Shown: piece after piece, positions 9,568 to 19,283 of the stretch
How positions within the stretch are numbered: position 1 is the stretch's first letter
Layout: each line of letters opens with the position of its first letter
DNA from: a virus
IMG/VR virus record: IMGVR_UViG_3300014913_000006
Reading direction: 5' to 3' (one strand)
DNA length: 64,000 nt
Translations under genes and position numbers: made by a program
The notes under the pieces: model-generated
The model's input: the letters and a program-made list of their open reading frames with translations, nothing else
Told to the model about the DNA's origin: nothing
The model's database searches: none

Positions 9568-12500
9568 ATGAGCAAGACATATGTACCACTTCATGTCCAC
9601 AGCTTCTATAGCCTGTTGGACGGACTCTGTTCGCCCAAGGATATTGTTGCTAGGTGCGCAGAGCTTGGCATACCTGCATGTGCGATGACAGATCATGGCA
9701 ATATCGCTGGCATGAAGGTGTTCTACGATGCTGCCAAAAAGAAAAAGGTCAAACCAATTATTGGGTGTTGTTTGCCAGGACAGGAGATAATAACTGATCG
9801 TGGTGTTAAAAAGATACAAGATATCTCAACCAAAGATATGGTATTGACGCACAAAGGTCGATACAGGAGAGTTGTAAGCACGATGAGTCGTTATGTATCT
9901 ACGACAATCTATGGATTCGACACATGGGGCGGAAGAAAAATATGGACGACGGATGAGCATCCACTTTTAGTCCGGACATCTGAAGATGGTTTTGTTGCCA
10001 AGAACAGTTGGGTAAGAGCAGATTCAATACAACACGGAAGACACAACAGCAACAAAAGGCTAAGATGGAAAAGTTATTTGACGATGCCCGTACATGAGAG
10101 TTCTATCCCCCTGGTAGATGCTGTGCAACTTTTAACTGATAACGGATATGATGATCGTTATGAAGTTGTTGATGACCGTATATTCAAGATTTGCAGCAAG
10201 ACAAATTCACAAGACACATGTATGGGAAAACCGTTTGATTTTCCCTGTTTTCAAATAGACGATGATTTAGCATTTTTTATTGGGACGTTCGTAGCAGAAG
10301 GTTCGTTTCAAGAATCAAAAAATGGACCACACTCTGGAATACTGACTTTTCATATCGACGAACGCGACCTGTCTCTTAGGTGTAGGCAAGCACTAAGATC
10401 ACTAAAAATTGAAACCATAGAAACACTTAGGCCAGACAAAACCACAAGAGAGCTTCATTTTCACCACAGTATATTCTGTCGTATTTTGAAATGCCTAGTG
10501 GGTTCTGGGGCAAAGACAAAGAAACTTCATCCAATATTGATGCAACAATCTCCCCATATCACCAAGTGTTTCCTGAGAGGTCTTCTGGCAGGTGACGGTG
10601 CAAAAAGAACTGATGGGTCGCAAATACTGAAATTGGCCAATGAAACTTTAATATGGCAAACAAGAACATTGTTGAGTAAATTTGGTTATACATCTCGGAT
10701 AACTAAATCAAAAGCTGATAACAAGCAGGCCTGGACTATCCAATGGAGATGGTCATCAGAAGGATATACAGATAGCGACAACCGATATGTGTATCTACCT
10801 ATTAAAAACATAGAGACAAAACATTATGATGGCCCTGTTTTCAACTTCGAGGTAGAAGAAGATCATTCTTATGTGAGTGACGTTATACTTCATAACTGCG
10901 AGATGTATATTTGTGAGCAGGAAGCCGATGTCAAAAATACCAGCAACAATAAGCGAAACCACTTGATAGTTCTCGCCAAGAATGATCAAGGTATCAAAGA
11001 CTTAATGGGTTTGGTAAGTGAATCGAACAGGCCAGATTACTTCTATCGTAAGCCTCGTATCCATCTGGCGGGTATCGCCCCCTTCGCAAAACGTGGTAAT
11101 CTGATATTCCTGACTGCATGTATTGCGGGCGAACTGCCTATGTCACTGTTTTCCGATTTTCGCGCAGCAATTATGGGTGGAAGAAACGGCCATGCTGACG
11201 GTGCCAGAGAATATCTGCGACCAAATTGGAAAGATGTCGGCAAGGCTATTATTCACAAACACATAGCTACTTTTGGTAAAGATAACTATTATCTCGAACT
11301 CCAGAATACCGGCATGGGCATTCAGGCATTAGTGGTTGAGTGCTTAAGAGAACTCAGTGAAGAAACAGGTGTACCAACAGTTGCGACCATCGACGCCCAT
11401 TATTGTCGCAAGCAAGAAGCTGAAGACCAGAGACTTCTACTATACGCGCAACTCCACACCACGAAAGAAGAGCAAGAGCGGAAGCTACAGCAGACCGGCG
11501 ATGTCATGGACTTCATGATATCGGATAAATACTACATCCCGTCCTACGACGAGATGAGAAAGCATTTCACAGAGGCCGAACTTCAAACGACCCTGGACAT
11601 CGCAGCACAGATCGAGTATTCATCGTTGGGCCACAATCCGTATCTACCAATTTTCACCAATGATGAATCAAAGTCTCTCAAACTTGACTCTAACGAGTAC
11701 CTAAGACACCTCTGCATCGAGGGGGCAAAAGCCAAGCTGACACATCTGAAACCAGCACAGAAGAAGGTGTACTGGGCTCGACTACAGAGAGAGCTTATCG
11801 TTATCCAAGAGGCTGGATTGGCCGACTACTTTCTGATTGTATGGGATGCGTGCCGATTCGTTGATGAGAAAAATGGACCACGAGGGAAGGGGCGCGGTTC
11901 TGGCGCTGGCTCGTTGGTCAATTATCTGACAGGAATCACGGGGATTGATCCAATCGAGTACGGATTGTATTTCGAACGATTCTACAACATGAGTCGTAAC
12001 ATTCCTCCACACTTTGATGTAGGGCAAGTTGATTTCATGTCGTGGATGTCCGACAACTTCGAGCTACTACATACCAGAGACATAGACGAAGAACGCAAGG
12101 CGGTGGCTGCGCACCTAGCAAGACGGATGAAGCAGCGTAGGGTTGAATTCACAGATATGATGAGGGAAGAGGTCGAGTGGATTGACAAGAAGAATCCACG
12201 TATGTGGATGTACCTGTACGACATGATCCAGGATAAGCCAGCGGAAAATCCTGCCAATTCACACTTGGCGTATGGGCTTGGTGCGACACTCGCTGGTCGT
12301 GACGAACTGGATGTGAAACGCAAGGTCAAGACTCATGATGGTCACGTCAGTCTGCCTGATATCGATACGGATATTGGAGTTGTGTTCAGGAGTGAGGTAA
12401 TCGCATACCTCAAAGAGAGATGGGGCGAAGAATATGTCGCACAGATGATCACGTTCGGACGCCTTCAGGGGAAGGCGGCACTCAAGGAAGTGTTCCGCGC

Positions 12501-13038
12501 ACATCCCGATACAGTAAAGCATCTCATGAAGGTCAAGGCTCTCAAGGAAGGTAAAGATGCCGACGATATCTGTATGACACCCCACGATCTGTGCAATGAG
12601 ATCACACAGCACATCCCCGATGAAGCGACAATCGCAGACGAGTTGAGACAGGCGAGGGCTGAGCAAGGGGACGACTATGGTATTCTTCAGTGGGCAGTCC
12701 ACAATGTTGAGCAGGTCCAATCTGCGTATGAATGGTTCAAACCGCTGTTCGATCAAGCCATGCGGATCGAGGGGACTAAGAAGTCTCAGTCGAAGCACGC
12801 TGCTGGTGTGGTGATAGCAGACAGACCTATCGCAGAATTGACTCCTCTTGCCTATGACGCAAAAAACAAGGACCGCGTGGTGGGGCTGGAGATGTGCAAC
12901 GCTGAAGACATGGGCGCTGTTAAGTTTGACTTCTTAGGAGTCGTAGCCCTTGACAAGCTCTGGAAAGCGCAGGACTTGATCAACGGATGCGGTGAGGAAG
13001 AGGTCTTGGAAGAGGGGTTAGTGAATGTCCCAGACTGA
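9568..13038 (+). CDS. dnaE: DNA polymerase III alpha, N-terminal half (PHP + palm/thumb) with intein
   Basis: LHVHSFYSLLDG, TDHG, KPIIG|CEMY, DAHY, GRGSGAGSLV, FERF, PDIDTD, HAAGVVI, KFDFLG; stops shortly after KFDFLG. Confidence 0.92.
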   Translation: MSKTYVPLHVHSFYSLLDGLCSPKDIVARCAELGIPACAMTDHGNIAGMKVFYDAAKKKKVKPIIGCCLPGQEIITDRGVKKIQDISTKDMVLTHKGRYRRVVSTMSRYVSTTIYGFDTWGGRKIWTTDEHPLLVRTSEDGFVAKNSWVRADSIQHGRHNSNKRLRWKSYLTMPVHESSIPLVDAVQLLTDNGYDDRYEVVDDRIFKICSKTNSQDTCMGKPFDFPCFQIDDDLAFFIGTFVAEGSFQESKNGPHSGILTFHIDERDLSLRCRQALRSLKIETIETLRPDKTTRELHFHHSIFCRILKCLVGSGAKTKKLHPILMQQSPHITKCFLRGLLAGDGAKRTDGSQILKLANETLIWQTRTLLSKFGYTSRITKSKADNKQAWTIQWRWSSEGYTDSDNRYVYLPIKNIETKHYDGPVFNFEVEEDHSYVSDVILHNCEMYICEQEADVKNTSNNKRNHLIVLAKNDQGIKDLMGLVSESNRPDYFYRKPRIHLAGIAPFAKRGNLIFLTACIAGELPMSLFSDFRAAIMGGRNGHADGAREYLRPNWKDVGKAIIHKHIATFGKDNYYLELQNTGMGIQALVVECLRELSEETGVPTVATIDAHYCRKQEAEDQRLLLYAQLHTTKEEQERKLQQTGDVMDFMISDKYYIPSYDEMRKHFTEAELQTTLDIAAQIEYSSLGHNPYLPIFTNDESKSLKLDSNEYLRHLCIEGAKAKLTHLKPAQKKVYWARLQRELIVIQEAGLADYFLIVWDACRFVDEKNGPRGKGRGSGAGSLVNYLTGITGIDPIEYGLYFERFYNMSRNIPPHFDVGQVDFMSWMSDNFELLHTRDIDEERKAVAAHLARRMKQRRVEFTDMMREEVEWIDKKNPRMWMYLYDMIQDKPAENPANSHLAYGLGATLAGRDELDVKRKVKTHDGHVSLPDIDTDIGVVFRSEVIAYLKERWGEEYVAQMITFGRLQGKAALKEVFRAHPDTVKHLMKVKALKEGKDADDICMTPHDLCNEITQHIPDEATIADELRQARAEQGDDYGILQWAVHNVEQVQSAYEWFKPLFDQAMRIEGTKKSQSKHAAGVVIADRPIAELTPLAYDAKNKDRVVGLEMCNAEDMGAVKFDFLGVVALDKLWKAQDLINGCGEEEVLEEGLVNVPD
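9766..10896 (+). mobile_element. Intein (LAGLIDADG type, 377 aa) in the DnaE PHP domain
   Basis: Starts CCLPGQEIITDRG, TDEHP, FVAEG and GLLAGDG, ends EDHSYVSDVILHN followed by Cys; removal restores KPIIGCEMY. Confidence 0.92.
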
Positions 13039-13399
13039 TTATGCGGCACATATCAAGACTGTCTTCTGTGACCTAGATGGTTGTGTCTTCAAGCATCATG
13101 GAGACATCGCAGAGATACTGGCCAACCCGTGTGAACTGTTACCTGGGGCAAAGGATTCGTTCAAGAAATGGGGGCACAAAGGGTACACGGTTATCCTGAC
13201 CACTGGCAGACCAGAGAGTATGCGAAGCATTACTGAACAACAAGTCCGTGACGCAGGTTTGTATTACCACCACCTGATCATGGACTTGCCACGGGGGCAG
13301 CGAGTCGTGATCAACGACGTAAAGCCCGGGAGAAAAGCCGATACCGCTGCGTGCGTGAACGTTGAAAGAAACAAGGGGATGGAAAATGTTGACATCTAA
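13025..13399 (+). CDS. Minimal HAD-superfamily phosphatase (capsule-biosynthesis phosphatase-like)
   Basis: FCDLDGC motif I, TTGR motif II, VIND.KP. Confidence 0.8.
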   Translation: MSQTDYAAHIKTVFCDLDGCVFKHHGDIAEILANPCELLPGAKDSFKKWGHKGYTVILTTGRPESMRSITEQQVRDAGLYYHHLIMDLPRGQRVVINDVKPGRKADTAACVNVERNKGMENVDI

Positions 13400-14405
13400 T
13401 CTCGCTTGTGGGCCGATGAGCAGAGAAATCATCGAAGCTGTTTTCCGCCATTCGCACAAGTTTGGGGCGCAGTTGATGCTGATATGCTCTCGCAATCAAG
13501 TAGACGCTAACAGTGGATACGTGTTCACGACATCGGAGTACGTAGAGTATCTGGCAAGGCTCAAAAGAGCTTATCCCCAAGCGGACGTAGTAATCTGCCG
13601 CGATCATTGTGGCCCAGGCTTCGGCACCACACCAGAAAGCGACCTTGGCGAAACCAGGAAAACAATCCGCTGCGACCTGGAACATGGCTTCGACCTTATC
13701 CACATCGACCTTTGCCACGCGAAGATGTCCCACGACGAGAAGCTTCGTAACACAGCAGAACTGATGCGGTTCGCTCTAGAGATCAAACCAGATGTGATGT
13801 TCGAAATAGGCACCGACGAGAACGTAGGGGTCACCGAGACAGATGTTGCAAGGATCGTTACCGACATCCAGGCATGTCAGAAAGTGGCCGACCCTGTCTT
13901 TTACGTCGTGCAAACTGGAAGCCTCGTGCGAGAGGCGTACAACGCTGGTTCTTTCGACACCAACAGCGTAAGGGCGATGCACGCAGCATTAGCCGGGTGT
14001 GGGGTCAAACTCAAAGAACACAACGCTGATTACCTGGATACTCGACAGATCACCGCCCGCAAGGGTATTGTGGATGCTGTGAACATAGCCCCGCAACTCG
14101 GTGTAATACAGACAAGCTATCTGTTATCGCAAGCTTTGGTGTACGGAATCAGCACGCAGCCATTCATTGACGAGGTGATACAGGGGGATAGGTGGCGCAA
14201 GTGGGTTGACCCCTCTGGTAATCCACAGCGGATGTTGTTTGTTCTCGTTGCCGGTCACTACCACTTCAACGGATCAGCCTACCAACAACTGGTAGATGAA
14301 CTTGCCCTAAAGATCAACGTCAAAGAGGGTATTCTTGGTGAGATCACAAAGGTCATCGAACATTACCTGTTTTCGTTGGAGGGATGCTATGCAGATCATC
14401 AATAA
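13386..14405 (+). CDS. GatZ/KbaZ-like (tagatose-phosphate aldolase/epimerase family) TIM-barrel protein
   Basis: LICSRNQVD..SGY, RDHCGPG, GFDLIHID, EIGTDE, KEHNADY, NIAPQLG motifs. Confidence 0.75.
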   Translation: MLTSNLACGPMSREIIEAVFRHSHKFGAQLMLICSRNQVDANSGYVFTTSEYVEYLARLKRAYPQADVVICRDHCGPGFGTTPESDLGETRKTIRCDLEHGFDLIHIDLCHAKMSHDEKLRNTAELMRFALEIKPDVMFEIGTDENVGVTETDVARIVTDIQACQKVADPVFYVVQTGSLVREAYNAGSFDTNSVRAMHAALAGCGVKLKEHNADYLDTRQITARKGIVDAVNIAPQLGVIQTSYLLSQALVYGISTQPFIDEVIQGDRWRKWVDPSGNPQRMLFVLVAGHYHFNGSAYQQLVDELALKINVKEGILGEITKVIEHYLFSLEGCYADHQ

Positions 14406-14715
14406 GCCATGGGGCAAAGAAGAGATCCTGGCTGTGCAGGACAAGTATGTGGTCAAGAGATTGCACATGACCAAAGGAAAGAGATGTAGTCTACAGTATC
14501 ATGAGCACAAAACAGAAACGATATATGTGTTGAGCGGCGTGTTGCTATTACACCTGGACGGTCAAGTTATCACAATGAGGCCGGGCGACTTTCGCACCAT
14601 CGTCCCAGGTGAAGTACATCGCATGGAGGGCGGGGAGGACGCTATATACCTGGAGTCTTCAACAACCGAACTAGACGACGTTGTACGTGTGGAAGATGAT
14701 TATGGGCGAGAGTAG
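14389..14715 (+). CDS. Cupin, mannose-6-phosphate isomerase type II C-terminal-like
   Basis: KPWG, SLQYHEHKTET.YVLSG, PGEVHR, DDVVRVEDDYGR. Confidence 0.85.
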   Translation: MQIINKPWGKEEILAVQDKYVVKRLHMTKGKRCSLQYHEHKTETIYVLSGVLLLHLDGQVITMRPGDFRTIVPGEVHRMEGGEDAIYLESSTTELDDVVRVEDDYGRE

Positions 14716-16279
14716 GAAATACAAAGTATTGATTCCAACGGCTGGTGTTGGTTCTCGACTGGGCGACCATTGTGACCATGTCAATAAGACATTGGTTCCA
14801 GTGGCAAACCGTCCAATCATTTCGCACATCATCGAGAAGTTCCCGCCAGACGTAGAATTGATCATTGACCTGGGGCACAAAGGGGAACTGGTCAAAGAGT
14901 TTCTGACCCTGGCATACCCAGATCGCAATTTCACATTCATCTGGGCTAACAGGAAGGGGTTGACAGCGGACCTATGTGATTACCGGGACATCCTACAGTG
15001 CCCGTTTATCTTTTTCACGAACGACGCCATCGTGACAGAGAACATACCGGAACCAGATCGTGACTGGATAGGGTATGCAAACATTCGTGCTGGACATGAT
15101 TATCGATCTGTTGTAGCAGATTCATGGGACTGTACGGTCGTCAAAGCTTTAGGCGAGAAGGGTGCCCACACAGAAGCCCAGGCATACATCGGGATTTGTG
15201 GCATTAACGACTACAAGGCGTTTTGGGCATCTATGGACAAAGCCATGACAGATGGCACGACGAGCCAGGGAGAATCGTTTGCCCTAGCTGAAATGGTTTC
15301 AAGCAGGCCGGTCAAAGGTTATGCGTTTACGTGGTATGATACGGGAACAGTTGAAGCACTCGCGCACGCCAACAAGGTTTTCGGGAAGGAAGATGATCCC
15401 AACATTCTGCCGAAAGCCCAGGAGCATATATGGTTTTGTAACGATCGTGTGATCAAGTTTTCAACAGACAGAGATTTTATCACACAACGAGTCGAAAGGG
15501 CAAAGTCGCTTGCTGGGTATGTTCCGGCTATTGAGGGCAGCACGCCGAACATGTATTGCTATAAGATGATCGAAGGAAAAGTGTTGTCAAATACGATCAC
15601 AATGTCTCGATTCAAAGAATTCTTAGCATGGCTAGAAGGGCTGTGGGGAGATCGTCAACTACTGACAGCCGAAGTGAGAGAGGTCTATCGTAGGTTCTAT
15701 CAAGACAAAACCCTCAAGCGAGTACAAGCGTACTTCGATCGTTTTGGCTATCAAGATTCCGAACAATGTATCAACGGCGTAGATGTGCCATCTGTGGCAG
15801 AACTGTTAGATCGTGTTGATTGGGCGTGGATATCCGAGGGGATTCCAGTTCGCTTCCATGGAGACCTACATCCCGAGAACACTCTCGACACAGGTGGTGG
15901 TTTCAGTCTATTGGACTGGCGACAGAATTTCGGTGGGATGAGTGATTATGGAGATGTTTACTACGATCTAGCAAAGCTGTGGCACGGTATGATTGTGTCG
16001 CACGGAATTATCCACAAGGGACTTTACGAGATTGACATTGACGGGACTGTAGTCAACTTCGATTTACTAAGGCGGCAGATTCTCATCGATTGCGAAACAT
16101 GGTTGCAACAATACCTGATCCGACATCATTATGATTGCCACAAAGTAAAGGTACTGACATCGCTCATCTATCTCAACATCGCAACCCTGCACCATCAGCC
16201 ATATGCCGAAATGCTGTTCCATCTTGGAAAATCAATGTTGTCAAACTTACTAGAGTCTCATGGTGAAACCGAAGTTTAA
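14702..16279 (+). CDS. Sugar-phosphate nucleotidyltransferase fused to APH/choline-kinase-like phosphotransferase
   Basis: N-terminal AGVGSRLG...NKTLVPV and WYDTG; C-terminal FHGDLHPEN, LLDWRQ, YDLAKL. Confidence 0.85.
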   Translation: MGESRKYKVLIPTAGVGSRLGDHCDHVNKTLVPVANRPIISHIIEKFPPDVELIIDLGHKGELVKEFLTLAYPDRNFTFIWANRKGLTADLCDYRDILQCPFIFFTNDAIVTENIPEPDRDWIGYANIRAGHDYRSVVADSWDCTVVKALGEKGAHTEAQAYIGICGINDYKAFWASMDKAMTDGTTSQGESFALAEMVSSRPVKGYAFTWYDTGTVEALAHANKVFGKEDDPNILPKAQEHIWFCNDRVIKFSTDRDFITQRVERAKSLAGYVPAIEGSTPNMYCYKMIEGKVLSNTITMSRFKEFLAWLEGLWGDRQLLTAEVREVYRRFYQDKTLKRVQAYFDRFGYQDSEQCINGVDVPSVAELLDRVDWAWISEGIPVRFHGDLHPENTLDTGGGFSLLDWRQNFGGMSDYGDVYYDLAKLWHGMIVSHGIIHKGLYEIDIDGTVVNFDLLRRQILIDCETWLQQYLIRHHYDCHKVKVLTSLIYLNIATLHHQPYAEMLFHLGKSMLSNLLESHGETEV

Positions 16280-16288
16280 GAAAGGCAG

Positions 16289-16861
16289 ATGGGCATGATT
16301 TACTCTAGTTTGCAACATGGACTTACCTTACTTGATAGCAGGTACAAGCACGTTCTAGAGTTTGGTGTATGTCGTGGAGATACCATCCGTGTTATACGAC
16401 AAACACTGGATGCTTCATTTTCAGTTTTCGGATTCGACTCGTTCGTTGGACTGCCGGAAGCCTGGGTGGACAAGCATGGAGCAGTGGTTGTCCCGCCAGA
16501 ATACTTCTCAACCAATGGTGTTATACCCGATGTCCCAAATGTGAAATTCTATGCTGGGTGGTTTTCGGATACGTTGCCTAAACATCTTCCAATCGCCGAA
16601 CCAATAGCGTTGCTTCACGTAGATTCAGACCTCTATAGCTCTGCCAAAGAGGTGTTGTGGGCACTGAATGACCACATCGTTGCCGGAACAATCATCGTAT
16701 TCGATGAATGGTTCTATAAACATGACGCTCAATACGACGACCACGAACAACGAGCGTTCAATGAGTGGGTACTGGCATTTAACAGAAAATTTGAGATTAT
16801 ATGTTTCAAAGACGAAACTCCGTCTGGGGAGGAAAGAAGGATAGTGAGGATTTTGGATTAA
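16289..16861 (+). CDS. TylF/MycF-like SAM-dependent (sugar) O-methyltransferase
   Basis: LEFGV..G, GFDSFVGLPE, GWFSDTL, LHVDSDLYSS, IVFDE. Confidence 0.82.
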   Translation: MGMIYSSLQHGLTLLDSRYKHVLEFGVCRGDTIRVIRQTLDASFSVFGFDSFVGLPEAWVDKHGAVVVPPEYFSTNGVIPDVPNVKFYAGWFSDTLPKHLPIAEPIALLHVDSDLYSSAKEVLWALNDHIVAGTIIVFDEWFYKHDAQYDDHEQRAFNEWVLAFNRKFEIICFKDETPSGEERRIVRILD

Positions 16862-17476
16862 ATGGTGAACTTAACCGGTCAAAAATTTGGGAAATTAACC
16901 GCCATATCGATCTCCCATAAAGATAAACGCCTTGGGGCATTTTGGATTTGCCTATGTGATTGTGGGCGCAATACGGTAGTTTATAGAGGACACCTCAAAT
17001 CGGGGCATACAAAAAGCTGTGGATGTTTGTGGTCAAAGCATGGACATACGACAGGTTATGAAAGGACAAAAGCATACTATACTTGGGTCTCCATGAGACA
17101 AAGATGTGATAATCCAAGCAACGGAGTTTACGGGAACTACGGTGGGCGAGGAATAAAAGTTTGCAGTAGGTGGATGATATTTGAAAATTTTTTAGAGGAT
17201 ATGGGAGAATCTCCGACAGGTTTACAGCTAGACAGAATAGACAACGATGGTGATTACTGCAAAGAAAATTGTAGATGGGTTACCCCCGAACAGAACTCAA
17301 GAAACAAACGAGACAATCGTTTTCTTACCTTAAATGGAGAGACAAAATGTGTGGCAGAATGGGCTGAAGAATTATGTATTAACTCCCAGACATTGTATGT
17401 AAGATTGTTTCGGGGATGGTCAGCAGAGAAAGCCCTAACGACACCAGCAAAAACAAAGAAAGGAAAATCATGCTAA
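16862..17476 (+). CDS. Free-standing HNH-type homing endonuclease
   Basis: LTGQKFGKL, CLCDCG, KSCGC, YGGRGIKVC, LDRIDNDGDY..ENCRW, EWAE; AT-richer than flanks. Confidence 0.85.
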   Translation: MVNLTGQKFGKLTAISISHKDKRLGAFWICLCDCGRNTVVYRGHLKSGHTKSCGCLWSKHGHTTGYERTKAYYTWVSMRQRCDNPSNGVYGNYGGRGIKVCSRWMIFENFLEDMGESPTGLQLDRIDNDGDYCKENCRWVTPEQNSRNKRDNRFLTLNGETKCVAEWAEELCINSQTLYVRLFRGWSAEKALTTPAKTKKGKSC

Positions 17477-18315
17477 GAGTGGCTTTGTGTTTGAGCGGTA
17501 TGGCGTTGCACCCCGGCAAAAAAGTCGTGGGTGGTCAGATGTGGAACGGCAAGACAGGAAAGAGGACACCGGTCGAATGGCGTAAAGGTCTAGAGCACTA
17601 CCAGAGACATATGTTCGCCCATAACGACGTAGATGTGTTCATGCATACGCCGAGCCTAGCCGCAGAACAAGAGCTAAGAGATGCCTACAAGCCAAAGGCT
17701 GCGATATTCGAACCTGACCCAAAGTTCAACATTGCTGGAGCCAAGGTTGATAAGGACTACCCAGATGGCATTACCTCAAAAACCCAGATAACAATCGCCA
17801 GATGGTACAGCATACAGAAGTGTATGCAACTCAAGAAACAGTACGAAAAGGCACAAGGATTCAAATACGACATGGTGATGATTGGCCGCTTTGATGTTGC
17901 ATGGATGGTAGATGTGCATTTTGACCAGTTCGACCCAAACCATTTCTATGCGTCCAACTGGTGTGTTATGAAGCTTCCTAACGGCCAGGGTATCAGGCAC
18001 GAAGATTGGTTCCTGCACGGATGGGACAAAAAGGACAACGCCAATCTACAACATGTTCATCTGGGATACCCCCATACACCTCACTATCAAGCACTCGCTG
18101 ACTACTGGTTTTTCGGAGGAACCGAATTGATGGACAGGTTCGGCGACCTATACGACAACATAGGCAATTTTCTCAGGGCCGGTGTGCCGTCTAATCATGA
18201 ATTTGCACTCAAACAATTGAGAACTACAGGACTTCTGCCAAAACTGAAGTTCGCTTTTCACATTCATGACGATTGTTTCTTAGCCCGTTTCGTGTACTGC
18301 GATTGGAGGAAATAA
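17470..18315 (+). CDS. Putative glycosyltransferase
   Basis: RVALCLSG, DVFMHT, YS...C..LK..YE...KYD.V..GRFD, D.WF.G pattern typical of viral GT-like proteins. Confidence 0.6.
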   Translation: MLRVALCLSGMALHPGKKVVGGQMWNGKTGKRTPVEWRKGLEHYQRHMFAHNDVDVFMHTPSLAAEQELRDAYKPKAAIFEPDPKFNIAGAKVDKDYPDGITSKTQITIARWYSIQKCMQLKKQYEKAQGFKYDMVMIGRFDVAWMVDVHFDQFDPNHFYASNWCVMKLPNGQGIRHEDWFLHGWDKKDNANLQHVHLGYPHTPHYQALADYWFFGGTELMDRFGDLYDNIGNFLRAGVPSNHEFALKQLRTTGLLPKLKFAFHIHDDCFLARFVYCDWRK

Positions 18316-18316
18316 G

Positions 18317-18370
18317 ATGAGCCGCGTGTTCTTAGACGTAGGTGCCCACCATGGGCAGACAAAACAGTAG
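18317..18370 (+). pseudogene. 5' stub of an FkbM-like methyltransferase
   Basis: GGAGG SD then ATG encoding MSRVFLDVGAHHGQTKQ*; xLDVGAxxG is a SAM-binding motif I. Confidence 0.6.
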
Positions 18371-18533
18371 AAATAAACGTAATAATCACCTAGTTGCATT
18401 TAACGAAAAGATTCAATGCATTGCTGCTTGGGCTGAGGAAACCGGAATCCCCTATCACACCATTTATCGAAGAATATATAAGTTGAACTGGTCTCCGGAA
18501 AGAGCCTTAACACTACCTACGAAAAAGGAATGA
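18359..18533 (+). pseudogene. 3' remnant of an HNH homing endonuclease
   Basis: QNSRNKRNN...AWAEETGI...WSPERALT matches the C-terminus of 16862-17476 (QNSRNKRDN...EWAEE...WSAEKALT). Confidence 0.75.
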
Positions 18534-18536
18534 AAA

Positions 18537-19283
18537 ATGAAAGCTAAAATTTGGCAATTTTGGGACAATCCACCTGGACACACAGAGCCTCCTGCATACA
18601 TACAGTTGTGCCAAGAAACTGTACGTAAGCACTGTAGTGCAGATTTTGATATATGTTTAGTAACCACAGAAAATGTTAAACAATTTTTACCAGATATCTC
18701 TGATTCTTTTTTCGAAATATCACAAATTAACAACAAGTCTAATTACCTAAGATACACGTTACTGAAAGAATCTGGGGGCATATGGCTGGATGCAGATTTA
18801 ATTCTGTTCAAAAGTCTGAAGCCGCTGCTTGAACTACTTACAGAAGAAATAGATTTGGTAGCCACGGCCTCTCCCACTCTTAGATATGGAGAACCGGAGT
18901 GTGGGATTTTAGTATCCAAAAAGAATGGTGCAGTAATAACCAAAGCTGTTTCTATAATAGAATATGCGTTAAGTCTCAGGGAACCTGGACACGTTTTCAA
19001 ATGGGGTTCTCTGGGACCAGAGACCATACGACAAGCAGTAAAGGGAAAGAGGTACTGCCACATGGAGCACCCACTTATCATGCCTATCCCGTCCTGGGAG
19101 GCATATCGCTTCGCCGGGAAGGATTCAATAGACAAGTATTGTAACGACGCATCATTTGGAATAATGTTGTTCCATCAGATGTTTCGACAATGCAACAGTC
19201 CTTTCTTAACTATGGGCCGACAAGAGTTATTGGACAGCCCAACACTGTTAGGACAAATGTTCAGAAAGGCAGTAAGTAGTTAA
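18537..19283 (+). CDS. DXD glycosyltransferase (GT32 / capsular polysaccharide synthesis-like)
   Basis: KIWQFW, C...V..H, SNYLRY.LL..GGIWLDAD, WGSLGP. Confidence 0.82.
   Translation: MKAKIWQFWDNPPGHTEPPAYIQLCQETVRKHCSADFDICLVTTENVKQFLPDISDSFFEISQINNKSNYLRYTLLKESGGIWLDADLILFKSLKPLLELLTEEIDLVATASPTLRYGEPECGILVSKKNGAVITKAVSIIEYALSLREPGHVFKWGSLGPETIRQAVKGKRYCHMEHPLIMPIPSWEAYRFAGKDSIDKYCNDASFGIMLFHQMFRQCNSPFLTMGRQELLDSPTLLGQMFRKAVSS

Noticed and set aside
9763-9771. Apparent Cys duplication at the intein junction (IIGCCLPG)
   Set aside because: Aligning with the other inteins' block A shows the intein starts at the first Cys and the second Cys is intein residue 2; splicing restores normal IIGCEMY.
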